Assembly (NCBI RefSeq): GCF_003790525.1
Contig: NZ_CP033635.1
DNA length: 64,000 nt
From: Escherichia coli
GTDB taxonomy: Bacteria; Pseudomonadota; Gammaproteobacteria; Enterobacterales; Enterobacteriaceae
Direction: 5' to 3' (one strand)
Shown: one piece after another, positions 1 to 11,018 of the stretch
Layout: each line of letters starts with the position of its first letter
Numbering within the stretch: the first letter of the stretch is position 1
Translations under genes and position numbers: made by a program
Notes under the pieces: generated by a model
Told to the model about the DNA's origin: nothing
What the model saw: the letters and a program-made list of their open reading frames with translations, nothing else
The model's database searches: none

Positions 1-21
1 AAATATAGGGTAAAAACTTCA
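1..21 (-). CDS. evgS: sensor kinase EvgS, first 7 codons only
   Basis: Reverse complement of 1-21 reads ATGAAGTTTTTACCCTATATT = MKFLPYI, the EvgS N-terminus. It lies 5 nt after the evgA stop, as in K-12. Confidence 0.7.
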
Positions 22-26
22 TGTGG

Positions 27-641
27 TTAGCCGATTTTGTTACGTTGTGCGAATGTGTAAAGATCCATCAGTGATTTGCATTCTAATTTTTCCATCAAGC
101 GACTTTTATACGTGCTGACAGTTTTGTTGCTGATGAACATTTTTTCAGCAATGTCATTATTATCCTTGCCATCAAGAATATACCGCATGACACTAATTTC
201 TTGTTTCGATAAGGAGTCGAGTTTTTGCTGGTCGGACGTTAAACTTCCAACAAACCGGTTGAGAGAGAAGGGGAAATAGCAGTAGCCATTTTTTGCAGCT
301 TCAATAGCCGCAATGATATTGTTCATGCCTTCTTTTTTACTCACGAAACCATTAGCGCCAGCATCAGCACAATGTTTCCCGTAAAAATGGTCATTTTTAG
401 CGGAGACAATAATAATAATTCCGCTATATTGGCGCTTTCTCAGCGTTTCTAACACCTGGATACCGTTAACTCCGGGGATATCGACATCAATGATGACGAT
501 ATCAGGCTTAAGTGTTTCCACCCGCTGAACGGCACTTCCGCCTTCAGTCAACTCTGCTAAGATTTCAATATCGTTTTTGATCAATAAATTACGAATTGCT
601 GCGATAGCAAGAGGATGGTCATCAATAATTATTGCGTTCAT
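27..641 (-). CDS. evgA: response regulator EvgA (receiver + LuxR-type HTH)
   Basis: 204-aa ORF. Translation matches the EvgA family, with receiver Asp pocket and C-terminal GerE/LuxR HTH. Synteny with emrKY. Confidence 0.95.
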   Translation of the reverse strand: MNAIIIDDHPLAIAAIRNLLIKNDIEILAELTEGGSAVQRVETLKPDIVIIDVDIPGVNGIQVLETLRKRQYSGIIIIVSAKNDHFYGKHCADAGANGFVSKKEGMNNIIAAIEAAKNGYCYFPFSLNRFVGSLTSDQQKLDSLSKQEISVMRYILDGKDNNDIAEKMFISNKTVSTYKSRLMEKLECKSLMDLYTFAQRNKIG

Positions 642-683
642 AGATTATTCCCTTTGCAATGAAGCATCTCCCTTCTCCCTGTA

Positions 684-703
684 GTAATACAGACATAAGG
701 CAT
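684..703. promoter_or_regulatory. Palindrome CTGTAGTAATACAG in the evgA-emrK divergent intergenic region; candidate EvgA box
   Basis: Perfect dyad CTGTA-GTAA-TACAG just upstream of evgA. emrK is EvgA-activated in K-12. Assigned by position and symmetry only. Confidence 0.3.
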
Positions 704-1056
704 CATCTCATTTTCTCAATAAAAATAAGAAAATTTGAGCTTCCTTTAAGATAATTCGACAAGTATACCATATAAATAGTCGGCATATATGAAATGTCAA
801 CAATAAAATCAGGGATTGTACCGATGATTTATAGTTTCACATTAGCACTATAAGTCTTCTCACTAATCCTACAGGCGTAAGAATTGTATTGCAAAAGCCA
901 CGGTTTAGTCCTCTGTTGTTTTTTTTGCACCTCATTTAAATTAGGCCTCCAACGTTCCTGGGATAATGTGCAACACATGCACTGTGTTTGATATGAAGAA
1001 TGAATACTCTTTTCATTCAATTCATAAATTTCATCTATGCGAAATGAGAGATAAAA

Positions 1057-2220
1057 GTGGAACAGATTAATTCAAATAAAAAACATTCTGACAGAAAAAA
1101 ATATTTTGCTTTGTTAGCGGTAGTTTTATTTATTGCGTTTTCAGGTGCCTATGCCTATTGGTCAATGGAATTAGAAGACATGATTAGTACAGATGACGCC
1201 TATGTCACGGGAAATGCAGATCCAATTTCTGCACAAGTTTCAGGCAGCGTCACTGTCGTTAATCATAAAGATACGAACTACGTTCGACAGGGTGACATTT
1301 TAGTCTCACTGGATAAGACTGATGCCACTATCGCACTCAATAAAGCTAAAAATAATCTGGCCAATATTGTTCGGCAAACGAATAAACTGTACTTACAGGA
1401 TAAACAATACAGTGCCGAAGTCGCTTCAGCTCGTATTCAGTATCAACAATCTTTAGAAGATTATAACCGTCGTGTACCTTTAGCGAAGCAGGGGGTTATT
1501 TCAAAAGAAACGCTGGAGCATACCAAAGATACGTTAATAAGTAGCAAAGCGGCATTGAATGCTGCTATTCAGGCTTATAAAGCGAATAAAGCTTTAGTAA
1601 TGAACACACCATTAAACCGTCAGCCACAAGTCGTTGAAGCGGCGGATGCAACCAAAGAAGCCTGGTTGGCGCTTAAACGTACGGATATTAAGAGTCCGGT
1701 TACCGGCTATATTGCCCAGCGAAGTGTTCAGGTCGGCGAAACAGTGAGTCCCGGACAATCGTTAATGGCTGTCGTACCGGCACGTCAAATGTGGGTTAAT
1801 GCCAACTTTAAAGAAACACAACTCACGGATGTGCGGATTGGTCAATCGGTCAATATTATTAGCGATCTTTATGGTGAAAATGTTGTGTTTCATGGTCGGG
1901 TGACAGGGATCAATATGGGAACCGGCAATGCGTTCTCCTTATTACCTGCACAAAATGCGACAGGGAATTGGATCAAAATCGTTCAGCGTGTACCGGTTGA
2001 GGTTTCTCTTGATCCAAAAGAACTCATGGAACATCCCTTGCGCATTGGTTTATCGATGACTGCAACTATTGATACCAGGAACGAAGACATTGCCGATATG
2101 CCCGATCTGGCTTCAACCGTGACGTCCATGCCTGCTTATACCAGTAAGGCTTTAATTATCGATACCAGTCCGATAGAAAAAGAAATTAGCAACATTATTT
2201 CGCATAATGGACAACTTTAA
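1057..2220 (+). CDS. emrK: multidrug efflux membrane fusion protein EmrK (EmrA paralog)
   Basis: 387 aa with N-terminal TM segment and HlyD-family coiled coil. Synteny evgA-emrK-emrY. Confidence 0.93.
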   Translation: MEQINSNKKHSDRKKYFALLAVVLFIAFSGAYAYWSMELEDMISTDDAYVTGNADPISAQVSGSVTVVNHKDTNYVRQGDILVSLDKTDATIALNKAKNNLANIVRQTNKLYLQDKQYSAEVASARIQYQQSLEDYNRRVPLAKQGVISKETLEHTKDTLISSKAALNAAIQAYKANKALVMNTPLNRQPQVVEAADATKEAWLALKRTDIKSPVTGYIAQRSVQVGETVSPGQSLMAVVPARQMWVNANFKETQLTDVRIGQSVNIISDLYGENVVFHGRVTGINMGTGNAFSLLPAQNATGNWIKIVQRVPVEVSLDPKELMEHPLRIGLSMTATIDTRNEDIADMPDLASTVTSMPAYTSKALIIDTSPIEKEISNIISHNGQL

Positions 2221-3758
2221 TGGCAATCACTAAATCAACTCCGGCACCATTAACCGGTGGGACGTTATGGTGCGTTACTATTGCATTGTCATTAGCGACG
2301 TTTATGCAAATGTTGGATTCCACTATTTCTAACGTCGCAATACCGACAATATCTGGCTTTCTGGGAGCATCAACAGACGAAGGCACCTGGGTTATCACTT
2401 CGTTTGGCGTAGCAAATGCCATTGCGATCCCTGTTACCGGCAGGCTGGCACAAAGAATAGGCGAATTAAGGTTATTTTTACTTTCAGTCACTTTTTTTTC
2501 GCTGTCTTCCTTAATGTGTAGTTTATCGACCAATCTTGATGTGCTGATATTTTTTAGAGTCGTTCAGGGATTAATGGCGGGGCCGTTAATTCCACTGTCA
2601 CAGAGTTTATTATTAAGGAATTATCCACCAGAAAAAAGAACATTTGCTCTGGCATTATGGTCTATGACCGTGATTATCGCGCCGATATGTGGGCCGATAT
2701 TGGGCGGTTATATTTGTGATAACTTTAGCTGGGGTTGGATATTTTTAATCAATGTCCCTATGGGGATTATCGTCCTGACATTATGCTTAACCTTACTTAA
2801 AGGAAGAGAAACCGAGACTTCACCGGTCAAAATGAATCTACCAGGACTGACCCTGTTAGTGCTCGGTGTTGGTGGCTTGCAAATTATGCTTGATAAAGGG
2901 CGCGATCTGGATTGGTTCAACTCGAGTACAATAATAATACTAACAGTAGTATCAGTTATTTCTCTGATCTCTTTAGTCATTTGGGAGTCGACCTCAGAGA
3001 ACCCGATTCTTGATCTCAGTTTGTTTAAGTCCCGTAATTTCACCATTGGTATTGTGAGTATCACATGCGCGTATTTATTTTACTCTGGAGCGATCGTCCT
3101 TATGCCGCAGTTACTCCAGGAAACGATGGGGTATAATGCGATATGGGCCGGGCTTGCTTATGCGCCCATCGGTATCATGCCGCTATTAATATCACCTTTG
3201 ATAGGACGTTATGGCAACAAAATAGATATGCGGTTGTTGGTGACATTTAGTTTTTTGATGTATGCGGTTTGCTATTACTGGCGTTCTGTGACATTTATGC
3301 CAACGATTGATTTTACAGGCATCATTTTGCCACAGTTTTTTCAGGGATTCGCCGTTGCCTGTTTCTTTTTACCCTTAACAACGATTTCGTTTTCAGGCTT
3401 GCCAGATAATAAATTTGCCAATGCCTCGAGTATGAGTAATTTTTTTCGCACCTTGTCAGGATCAGTTGGTACGTCGTTGACAATGACGCTGTGGGGACGC
3501 CGAGAATCATTACACCATAGTCAGTTGACAGCAACCATCGATCAATTTAACCCCGTGTTTAATTCATCGTCACAAATTATGGATAAATACTATGGTTCGC
3601 TTTCAGGAGTTCTTAATGAAATTAATAATGAAATAACCCAGCAGTCACTTTCTATTTCTGCAAATGAGATTTTCCGTATGGCGGCTATTGCTTTTATCTT
3701 ACTTACGGTTTTGGTTTGGTTTGCGAAACCGCCGTTTACAGCGAAAGGCGTTGGGTGA
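2220..3758 (+). CDS. emrY: MFS multidrug efflux pump EmrY (EmrB paralog, 14-TMS)
   Basis: 512 aa, highly hydrophobic, DHA2-family MFS. Start overlaps the emrK stop (ATGG). Confidence 0.93.
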   Translation: MAITKSTPAPLTGGTLWCVTIALSLATFMQMLDSTISNVAIPTISGFLGASTDEGTWVITSFGVANAIAIPVTGRLAQRIGELRLFLLSVTFFSLSSLMCSLSTNLDVLIFFRVVQGLMAGPLIPLSQSLLLRNYPPEKRTFALALWSMTVIIAPICGPILGGYICDNFSWGWIFLINVPMGIIVLTLCLTLLKGRETETSPVKMNLPGLTLLVLGVGGLQIMLDKGRDLDWFNSSTIIILTVVSVISLISLVIWESTSENPILDLSLFKSRNFTIGIVSITCAYLFYSGAIVLMPQLLQETMGYNAIWAGLAYAPIGIMPLLISPLIGRYGNKIDMRLLVTFSFLMYAVCYYWRSVTFMPTIDFTGIILPQFFQGFAVACFFLPLTTISFSGLPDNKFANASSMSNFFRTLSGSVGTSLTMTLWGRRESLHHSQLTATIDQFNPVFNSSSQIMDKYYGSLSGVLNEINNEITQQSLSISANEIFRMAAIAFILLTVLVWFAKPPFTAKGVG

Positions 3759-3862
3759 TGGTAAAAGCAAGGGGTTATAGCGGGTAAGACCGGGGATCTT
3801 AAGTCTGCGCCATCGGCAGCATCGCTCACCCAGGGAAAGGATGGCGATGCTGCGTTGAAACG

Positions 3863-5194
3863 TTATGAACGGCCTTTTGCCAGATATTGCTCCATCTCTT
3901 CTTCCGGCACCATTCCACCTCCCGTCGCCCACACCAGATGAGTGGCATTATGCAGTTGTTCTGCGCTGAAACCGTGCATCTGTTGGTAACTTACTGATGC
4001 GCACACGCGCTGAGGCCCAGCCATACCCGCCAGTGCCGAAGGTTCAAGACGAATACCTTCTTCCTGCGCCAGCCAGCCAAGCATGTCATACATGGTTTGA
4101 TCGCTAAGGGTATAGAAGCCATCCAGCAGACGCTCCATCGCCCGCCCGACAAAGCCTGATGCGCGACCAACTGCAAGGCCATCCGCTGCGGTAAGGTTGT
4201 CGATACCAATATCCTGAACAGAAATCTGATCGTGTAATCCTGTATGGACGCCTAACAACATACAAGGGGAGTGCGTTGGTTCGGCAAAAAAGCAGTGAAC
4301 ATGATCGCCAAACGCCAGTTTAAGTCCGAATGCGACGCCACCAGGACCACCACCAACACCACACGGCAGATAGACAAACAGAGGGTTATCAGCATCGACG
4401 ATACGACCTTGCTGGGCAAATTGCGCTTTAAGACGCTGGCCAGCGACGGAATACCCAAGGAACAACGTGCGGGAATTCTCGTCATCAATAAAGAAACAGT
4501 TCGGGTCAGACTGCGCTGCTTTACGTCCTTCCTCGACAGCAACACCATAATCTTGCTCATATTCCACGACTGTAACGCCATGGCTGCGCAGTTTCGCTTT
4601 TTTCCACGTCCGGGCATCAGCAGACATATGCACTGTCACCTTAAAGCCAATGCGGGCGCTCATTATGCCGATTGATAACCCCAGATTTCCGGTTGAGCCC
4701 ACAGCAATGCTGTATTGACTAAAGAACTGTTTAAACTCCGGGGAAAGCAGTTTGCTGTAGTCATCTTCAAGCGTCAGCAACCCCGCTTCCAGAGCCAGTT
4801 TTTCTGCATGTGCCAGGACTTCATAAATCCCGCCGCGTGCTTTTATGGAGCCGGAAATGGGCAAATGGCTATCTTTTTTCAGTAGCAGTTGCCCGCTGAT
4901 CGGTTGTTGATATTCCTTTTCCAGCCGTTTTTGCATAGCCGGAATGGCAACCAGTTCTGATTCAATAATCCCCCCAGTAGCAGCAGTTTCAGGAAATGCT
5001 TTTGCCAGATAGGGTGCAAAACGGGATAAGCGCGCATGGGCGTCCTGAACATCCTGTTCGGTCAGGCCAACATAAGGTAAACCTTCAGCCAATGAGGTCG
5101 TGCCAGGATTAAACCAGGTGGTTTCTTGAAGAGCAACCAGATCCTCTACCAACGGATACTGGGCGATGAGCGAATTCATTTTAGCGTTTTCCAT
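3863..5194 (-). CDS. dsdA: D-serine dehydratase (PLP-dependent)
   Basis: 443 aa. Translation begins [16 protein letters not shown] and contains the PLP-lysine motif SGSIKARGG, as in DsdA. Confidence 0.95.
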   Translation of the reverse strand: MENAKMNSLIAQYPLVEDLVALQETTWFNPGTTSLAEGLPYVGLTEQDVQDAHARLSRFAPYLAKAFPETAATGGIIESELVAIPAMQKRLEKEYQQPISGQLLLKKDSHLPISGSIKARGGIYEVLAHAEKLALEAGLLTLEDDYSKLLSPEFKQFFSQYSIAVGSTGNLGLSIGIMSARIGFKVTVHMSADARTWKKAKLRSHGVTVVEYEQDYGVAVEEGRKAAQSDPNCFFIDDENSRTLFLGYSVAGQRLKAQFAQQGRIVDADNPLFVYLPCGVGGGPGGVAFGLKLAFGDHVHCFFAEPTHSPCMLLGVHTGLHDQISVQDIGIDNLTAADGLAVGRASGFVGRAMERLLDGFYTLSDQTMYDMLGWLAQEEGIRLEPSALAGMAGPQRVCASVSYQQMHGFSAEQLHNATHLVWATGGGMVPEEEMEQYLAKGRS

Positions 5195-5211
5195 AGTACG
5201 TCTCTTTGCGC

Positions 5212-6549
5212 TTAGATGATAAATGACAGCAGGAATGTGCCCGCCAGAGCGACGACCGAAGCGATAAATGTCGCGGTCGTATAGTATTTAAATGTTTCAT
5301 TGAGCGTAGCGCCGCAATATTGCTTCACCAGCCAGAAAAGCGAGTCCGTAACGATCGTGCAGCCAATCGCACCTGAACCGATAGCAATCGCAATAATTTC
5401 CGGGCTGATGTCGGGATACAGCGGCAGCATGGGTGCAACAATTGCCGTTGCCCCCATCATTGCCACCGTAGCGGAGCCCACTGCAGCATGCAGAATAAGT
5501 GCCACCAACCAGGCCAGAAGAATCGGGTGCATATGCATATTGGAGAGAATAACTGCCAGCGTATCAGCGAGACTGCTGCTTTTTAAAATGGCGTTGAATG
5601 CGCCTCCGGCCCCGATAATCAGCAAAATATTAGCAATAGAACCGAAGCCATTTTCCGTATGTGTGAGCATTGTCCCCATGCTCATATGCTGGCGTATACC
5701 CAACACATAATAGGCGACAAACACGGCGATAAACATGGCAGTAATAGGGTTGCCAATAAACTCAAGCAAGGTATACAAACCACTCTCACGCGCCATATTC
5801 AATTCGGCAATCGTTTTAACCAACATCAGCGCAATGGGTAGCAGTATGGTGAATAACGTTGCGCCTAATGACGGTAGTGTTTTTTCATCGCGAACTTTGA
5901 GATCGGCAAACTCTGTGGGTACAGGTTTAAAGGGCAGTCGTTGACCCAGAAATTTAAGGAAAAGTGGGCCACCGATCAGTGATGCCATCAGCCCAACCAG
6001 CAAACCGTAGACGATCACCGAACCGATATCTGCGCCCAGCTTATTGGCAACATATAAAGCAGCCGGATGTGGGGGAACCACGCAGTGCACTGCCATCAAT
6101 GCGGTACATAGCGGAATGGCCAGCTTTAACAATGAGGTATTGGTTTTTTTGGCAATTGAAAAAGCCAGAGGAATCAATAGCACGACGCCCACTTCAACAA
6201 ATAGCGTGATGCCGCAAATCAGGCCAACCAGCACCATAATGACATCAGCTGAAAGCCAGCGACAGCGTTGAAGTGTCAGACCAATTCTTTCTGCGGCCCC
6301 GGATACTTCCATCATTTTTCCCAGTATCGTGCCCAGGCCGATAACCGCAGCAAGGAACCCCAGCGTTCCGCCAATTCCACTTTCAATAGCATTTACCATA
6401 TCCAGTGGTCCCATACCCATCATCGTTCCCACGAAGAAGCTGGCCAGCAACAGCGCCAGAAACGGGTGGAATTTGAACTTCACGATGGTCAGTACAATTA
6501 ACACGATGCTGATAAGCAGCGTGCTCACAACCCAGATTTGAGAGTGCAT
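5212..6549 (-). CDS. dsdX: D-serine transporter, GntP family
   Basis: 445-aa polytopic membrane protein upstream of dsdA in the same operon. Confidence 0.93.
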   Translation of the reverse strand: MHSQIWVVSTLLISIVLIVLTIVKFKFHPFLALLLASFFVGTMMGMGPLDMVNAIESGIGGTLGFLAAVIGLGTILGKMMEVSGAAERIGLTLQRCRWLSADVIMVLVGLICGITLFVEVGVVLLIPLAFSIAKKTNTSLLKLAIPLCTALMAVHCVVPPHPAALYVANKLGADIGSVIVYGLLVGLMASLIGGPLFLKFLGQRLPFKPVPTEFADLKVRDEKTLPSLGATLFTILLPIALMLVKTIAELNMARESGLYTLLEFIGNPITAMFIAVFVAYYVLGIRQHMSMGTMLTHTENGFGSIANILLIIGAGGAFNAILKSSSLADTLAVILSNMHMHPILLAWLVALILHAAVGSATVAMMGATAIVAPMLPLYPDISPEIIAIAIGSGAIGCTIVTDSLFWLVKQYCGATLNETFKYYTTATFIASVVALAGTFLLSFII

Positions 6550-6760
6550 ATCTCACCTTCCCCTGTGATTAACCTGATGATATTGGACAAAAAAACAACG
6601 CAGGCTGACAAACGATAAAATTTGCCTTTCACATGAGCTAAATTGCATCAAGGGAGTGATTTACATCTAAAAATGAAGGTGAATTGAGATATGGTTCACT
6701 TTAGCTCACCTTACAGCTGAAATTTTGCCGCTATTTTTTTACACTTAAGAGAAAAATGAG

Positions 6761-7714
6761 GTGATTATGGAACCCCTTCGTGAAATAAGAAATCGACTGC
6801 TTAACGGCTGGCAACTATCAAAACTGCATACTTTTGAAGTGGCTGCCAGGCATCAGTCCTTCGCCCTTGCGGCAGAGGAATTGTCGCTGAGCCCCAGTGC
6901 GGTAAGTCACCGTATCAATCAGCTGGAAGAAGAATTAGGTATTCAGTTGTTTGTTCGTTCCCATCGCAAAGTGGAATTAACGCACGAGGGGAAACGCGTT
7001 TATTGGGCGCTAAAATCGTCGCTGGATACCCTGAACCAGGAAATTCTTGATATCAAAAATCAGGAATTATCGGGAACGTTAACGCTGTATTCCCGGCCCT
7101 CTATCGCCCAATGCTGGTTGGTGCCCGCATTAGGTGACTTTACACGCCGATATCCGTCTATTTCGCTCACCGTGCTCACTGGTAATGACAATGTCAATTT
7201 GCAACGTGCCGGAATCGATTTGGCGATCTACTTTGATGATGCGCCGTCAGCGCAATTGGCTCATCACTTTCTGATGGATGAAGAAATCTTGCCTGTATGT
7301 AGCCCGGAATACGCTCAAAGACATGCTTTAACCAACCAGGTAATTAACCTGCGCCACTGTACGTTGCTCCATGACAGACAGGCATGGAGCAACGACTCCG
7401 GTACGGATGAATGGCATAGTTGGGCGCAACATTATGCGGTTAATTTGCCGACATCTTCTGGGATTGGCTTTGATCGTTCTGATTTAGCTGTTATCGCTGC
7501 GATGAATCATATTGGGGTAGCGATGGGAAGAAAACGCCTGGTACAAAAAAGGCTTGCCAGTGGTGAGCTCGTCGCGCCGTTTGGCGATATGACGGTGAAA
7601 TGCCATCAGCATTATTACATCACCACATTACCGGGCAGGCAGTGGCCAAAAATTGAGGCATTTATTACTTGGTTAAGAGAACAGGTAAGTCAATATGAAT
7701 GTTATACCTTATAA
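6761..7714 (+). CDS. dsdC: LysR-type activator of dsdXA
   Basis: N-terminal LysR HTH (FEVAARHQSFALAAEELSLSPSAVSHRI). Divergent from dsdX. The real start may be the Met at 6767. Confidence 0.92.
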   Translation: MIMEPLREIRNRLLNGWQLSKLHTFEVAARHQSFALAAEELSLSPSAVSHRINQLEEELGIQLFVRSHRKVELTHEGKRVYWALKSSLDTLNQEILDIKNQELSGTLTLYSRPSIAQCWLVPALGDFTRRYPSISLTVLTGNDNVNLQRAGIDLAIYFDDAPSAQLAHHFLMDEEILPVCSPEYAQRHALTNQVINLRHCTLLHDRQAWSNDSGTDEWHSWAQHYAVNLPTSSGIGFDRSDLAVIAAMNHIGVAMGRKRLVQKRLASGELVAPFGDMTVKCHQHYYITTLPGRQWPKIEAFITWLREQVSQYECYTL

Positions 7715-8075
7715 TACATTAAATCATCTGGTTCCTAAATAACCTTATTATGCACTGTAAGTGTATGTTGGCTTTATAAATTGCAATTTTTATATGGGAA
7801 TTGTTTTGTCAATAGTTACGAAAAGGATAAATAAAATAACCACATCTTCTTGGCGTCGAATATTGGAGAGCGATAATTTATAGTAAACTAGATTACCAGA
7901 GAAAAGATAAGTGGCAATATATTTGCTGGTGGCATTTTTATTAAATATTATATGTGTTGGTTTGTGACTTTAAAAAAATTAATTTTTAATAAAAAGGTGA
8001 TTTATTTCTCATTTTGATTAATATTGAGGATCCATTATGATTATCAGTTGTATGTCATAAAAATGAGAGGCTAAA

Positions 8076-8093
8076 AGCCTCAATGAATTGAGG
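8076..8093 (-). terminator. Rho-independent terminator downstream of the minus-strand recombinase gene
   Basis: Perfect hairpin GCCTCAAT-GA-ATTGAGGC followed on the minus strand by TTTTAG. A second small hairpin GAGGC-taaaa-GCCTC lies adjacent. Confidence 0.6.
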
Positions 8094-8108
8094 CCTTTAG
8101 AACAGGGG

Positions 8109-8678
8109 TTATATCTTCTTTATATCTAACACATCACCCTCCCATACTCGTTTAAATCTTGCTGCATTACTGGCTGTATATAATACCGTATGATGTATAT
8201 TTCTGTGCCCTAAATAATCTTGTATTAGTCTGGTGTCTAACCCTTGATTAGCTAAAGCATACCCACAACCATGCCTAAGCATGTGAGGATGAATATTAAT
8301 ATTCATATTGTGACTATATTTCTTACACATCTTATACACATATTGTCTCGAGATTTTATTTCCTTGACAAGAAAGAAATAAAGAGTCTTCAAAAGGTTTT
8401 TTTACTATGTTATCACGTAGTGCTAGCCATTTTTTTAATAACAGAACAGTTTCTTTTTGCAGGGGATGTACTGTGGATAATCCATTTTTTAAACGCTTGA
8501 TATATATTGCTGACTCTGAAAAGTCAATGTCGCTAATCTTTAGTGCAATAAGCTCGCTTACCCTAAGACCATGTACATATGCCATTTGTAACATGGCTTT
8601 ATCTCTAATTTCATTTTTTGAACCGTTGATGGCTTCAAAAAATAACAACCATTCACTATGAGTAATAAATTTGCGCAT
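8109..8678 (-). CDS. FimB/FimE-family tyrosine site-specific recombinase (IpuA/IpbA-like)
   Basis: 189 aa. C-terminal catalytic motifs HMLRHGCGY...LGHRNIHHTVLYTA are typical of FimB/FimE invertases. Located next to dsdC as in UPEC CFT073. Confidence 0.85.
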   Translation of the reverse strand: MRKFITHSEWLLFFEAINGSKNEIRDKAMLQMAYVHGLRVSELIALKISDIDFSESAIYIKRLKNGLSTVHPLQKETVLLLKKWLALRDNIVKKPFEDSLFLSCQGNKISRQYVYKMCKKYSHNMNINIHPHMLRHGCGYALANQGLDTRLIQDYLGHRNIHHTVLYTASNAARFKRVWEGDVLDIKKI

Positions 8679-9426
8679 AATATTATCGGTTATACTAATT
8701 AAGTTAAAAAATAAACTATAAATACCAGAGCCTGGTATTATTGCTTGTTTTTTATAAGCAAATAATGAGCTGGGGTTTAAATTATGCCACTAAATGGATA
8801 TTCATCAATACCCCGCCAGAGAGATAGTTGCCCAGCGGGCATAGATCATTATTAGTCAACCAATGAGCATAAATAAGCACAAGGAGGTGTGTATTGCGAA
8901 TAGTAATTCAATGACATGCTGGTGGTTTTTTTGTGGTGAAAATATTTGTACCTTTTTGTTTACGGATGAAAAATAAACAGTCATATTATTTTGGTTAATT
9001 GTTGTGTTAGTTTTAACACTCGGTGATGTTTTTTGTTATAGTGCATTAATTTTTAAATAAAAAAATTCATACATTCATGGATGTAATATATACAAGATAC
9101 AATGTTAATTTTAGATAAAATATTAATTGCATTGGATACTTTTTAAATATGCCGATGTTGAGCTTAATTTTATGAGGGAATACTATTTCGGGTTGTAGGA
9201 CTTTTTTATAATCATCTTATAGGGCTCTTTATATTTACAGGAGGGTTTTGAACGATAGTTACATAACGAAGGTTGTTTATATGCGTTTACAAGCGATTAA
9301 TTAGATTAGGTGAATTTTAATAAATTAATCTATAATCATACAGCAACTATATGAATTATATTATTGACTAAATGTAATTCTTTCATCATAGTTGACATGG
9401 TTATTTTATATAAATAGAGGTGATTT

Positions 9427-10056
9427 ATGCAAAACAGAAAATTTTTAACGCATCATGAAATTAATTTACTACTTCAATCTGTAAGACAAAAGAGTTGCTC
9501 TTCACGCGATGTTTGCATGATTTTATTGGCTTATTTTCATGGTCTGCGTGTTAGTGAGCTCTTATCTCTGCAGTTGTCGGATTTAGAACTAACTACAGAA
9601 AAAATATATATTCAACGGATAAAAAATGGATTCAGTACAGTCCATCCACTTCAAAAGGAAGAGGTGATTGCAATAACAAACTGGCTGAATGAAAGGAATT
9701 CATTAAATGTTAAACATTTCAATGATAACCCGTGGTTATTTGTTTCCCGAACAGGAAAACCATTATCGAGACAACGATTTTATAACATAGTTTCTGCTGC
9801 GGGTAAAAATGCAGGTTTAAATATTAAAGTTCATCCACATATGTTACGCCATGCATGTGGTTATTCACTAGCAGATAATGGTGTGGATACCCGTCTTATT
9901 CAGGACTATCTCGGGCATCGTAATATCAGGCATACGGTAATTTATACTGCTTCTAATTCAATGAGATTTGAAAAAATGTGGGGGAGAGGTGACGCAAAAA
10001 AGCAACATTTTGACCCAAAATGTAAACCCAATCTTTGTTTAGAAATTCTCGTATAG
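9427..10056 (+). CDS. FimB/FimE-family tyrosine site-specific recombinase (IpuA/IpbA-like)
   Basis: 209 aa with HMLRHACGY...LGHRNIRHTVIYTA motifs. Divergent from the first recombinase and co-directional with the regulator and autotransporter genes. Confidence 0.85.
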   Translation: MQNRKFLTHHEINLLLQSVRQKSCSSRDVCMILLAYFHGLRVSELLSLQLSDLELTTEKIYIQRIKNGFSTVHPLQKEEVIAITNWLNERNSLNVKHFNDNPWLFVSRTGKPLSRQRFYNIVSAAGKNAGLNIKVHPHMLRHACGYSLADNGVDTRLIQDYLGHRNIRHTVIYTASNSMRFEKMWGRGDAKKQHFDPKCKPNLCLEILV

Positions 10057-10373
10057 AAAAACATTTTTTTCTATAAAAAACATTAAATTTACTGATTTAG
10101 ATCAATGTGTGACGTCAATCTACACATAAAGAGGTAGGTTTGTCTTCTTTTTAATCTTTGGCGTATAAAGCCAAAATGTAAATAATAATCAAAATTATAT
10201 TCTGAATTAAAATAAATACGCAGGTTTTTTACCTGCGTTTTGTGCTATTTATAGTTAATTAAATTGATGTTGTCAAAATGGGTCATTTTGTAAACCTGTG
10301 CCTCAAGGTTTGTCTCCCCCCGGTGTGCAAAGCAAAAGGAAATTGGGAAAGGGGATAACAGGAAATTGATTGC
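10057..10373. promoter_or_regulatory. Candidate location of the invertible promoter element (ipuS-like switch) between recombinase and regulator genes
   Basis: 317-bp AT-rich gap directly downstream of a Fim-type recombinase and upstream of the regulator-autotransporter operon, the same layout as fimE-fimS-fimA. It contains palindrome TATAGAAAAA-catt-TTTTTCTATA at the recombinase stop, hairpin ACGCAGGT-tttt-ACCTGCGT (10218-10238), and direct repeats TGTAAACC (10021, 10291) and AGGTTTGTCT (10135, 10305). I could not locate the exact 7-bp inverted repeats by eye. Confidence 0.4.
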
Positions 10374-10994
10374 ATGGTTTTGATTACGACGACAAAAAAT
10401 ATTTTTATAATTCAAGCAATTAAGAGTATGCGTTGGCGGGGTTTTTCGTACGTGAAAGTCATCGCTGTGGACGACTATTCTTCTCTGATTCGTGATTTTG
10501 GCACATCTTGCTTTCGGGATGAGCAATCGTTGTTGTTACCTGTATTCCCTGATAATGATTCTACTACCTGTATACGCTCACTGTATTTCATTCACCAATG
10601 GCTAAAAAGCCAGCCTGTCAATATTCCGTGCCTGGCATGGGGGGATAATGGTGTAGTTAGTAATAAAGGCATACCTTCCATACCGTGGAAATTAACAGCA
10701 GAGCAATTTTGTTTCTATATAGATAAATTTATCAATGGCTGGAGGTGCAAAAAAAATATTCGCGCGAGTCATAAAGTTTCTTTTTTAGAACGACAATTAT
10801 CCCCGAGGGAGAAAAGTATCTTTATATATACCAAGGAAGGAAAAGATATTGCATGGATCTCTAACACCTTGGGTATATCCAGTAAGACTGTGTGGACGCA
10901 TCGTCGTAGAGCTATGGATAAACTCGGGGTAAAACGTTTACATCAATTTATAAATATTCCGCGTTCCCTTATTAGTGAAAATATTCAATTATAA
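10374..10994 (+). CDS. LuxR/GerE-type transcriptional regulator (IpuR-like)
   Basis: 206 aa. C-terminal HTH LSPREKSIFIYTKEGKDIAWISNTLGISSKTVWTHRRRAMDKLGV. No receiver domain. Lies 24 bp upstream of the autotransporter gene. The real start may be downstream, e.g. the Met at 10428. Confidence 0.8.
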   Translation: MVLITTTKNIFIIQAIKSMRWRGFSYVKVIAVDDYSSLIRDFGTSCFRDEQSLLLPVFPDNDSTTCIRSLYFIHQWLKSQPVNIPCLAWGDNGVVSNKGIPSIPWKLTAEQFCFYIDKFINGWRCKKNIRASHKVSFLERQLSPREKSIFIYTKEGKDIAWISNTLGISSKTVWTHRRRAMDKLGVKRLHQFINIPRSLISENIQL

Positions 10995-11018
10995 TGTACG
11001 TTCAAGAGTATTAGTGTT

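Noticed and set aside
5300-6541. Plus-strand ORFs antisense to dsdX
   Set aside because: They are fully contained within the well-supported dsdX membrane-protein gene, with no start context.
10057-10373. Precise 7-bp inverted repeats of the presumed invertible switch
   Set aside because: Several short palindromes and direct repeats are present, but no unambiguous inverted-repeat pair about 260 bp apart could be picked out by eye. The region is reported only as a candidate location.
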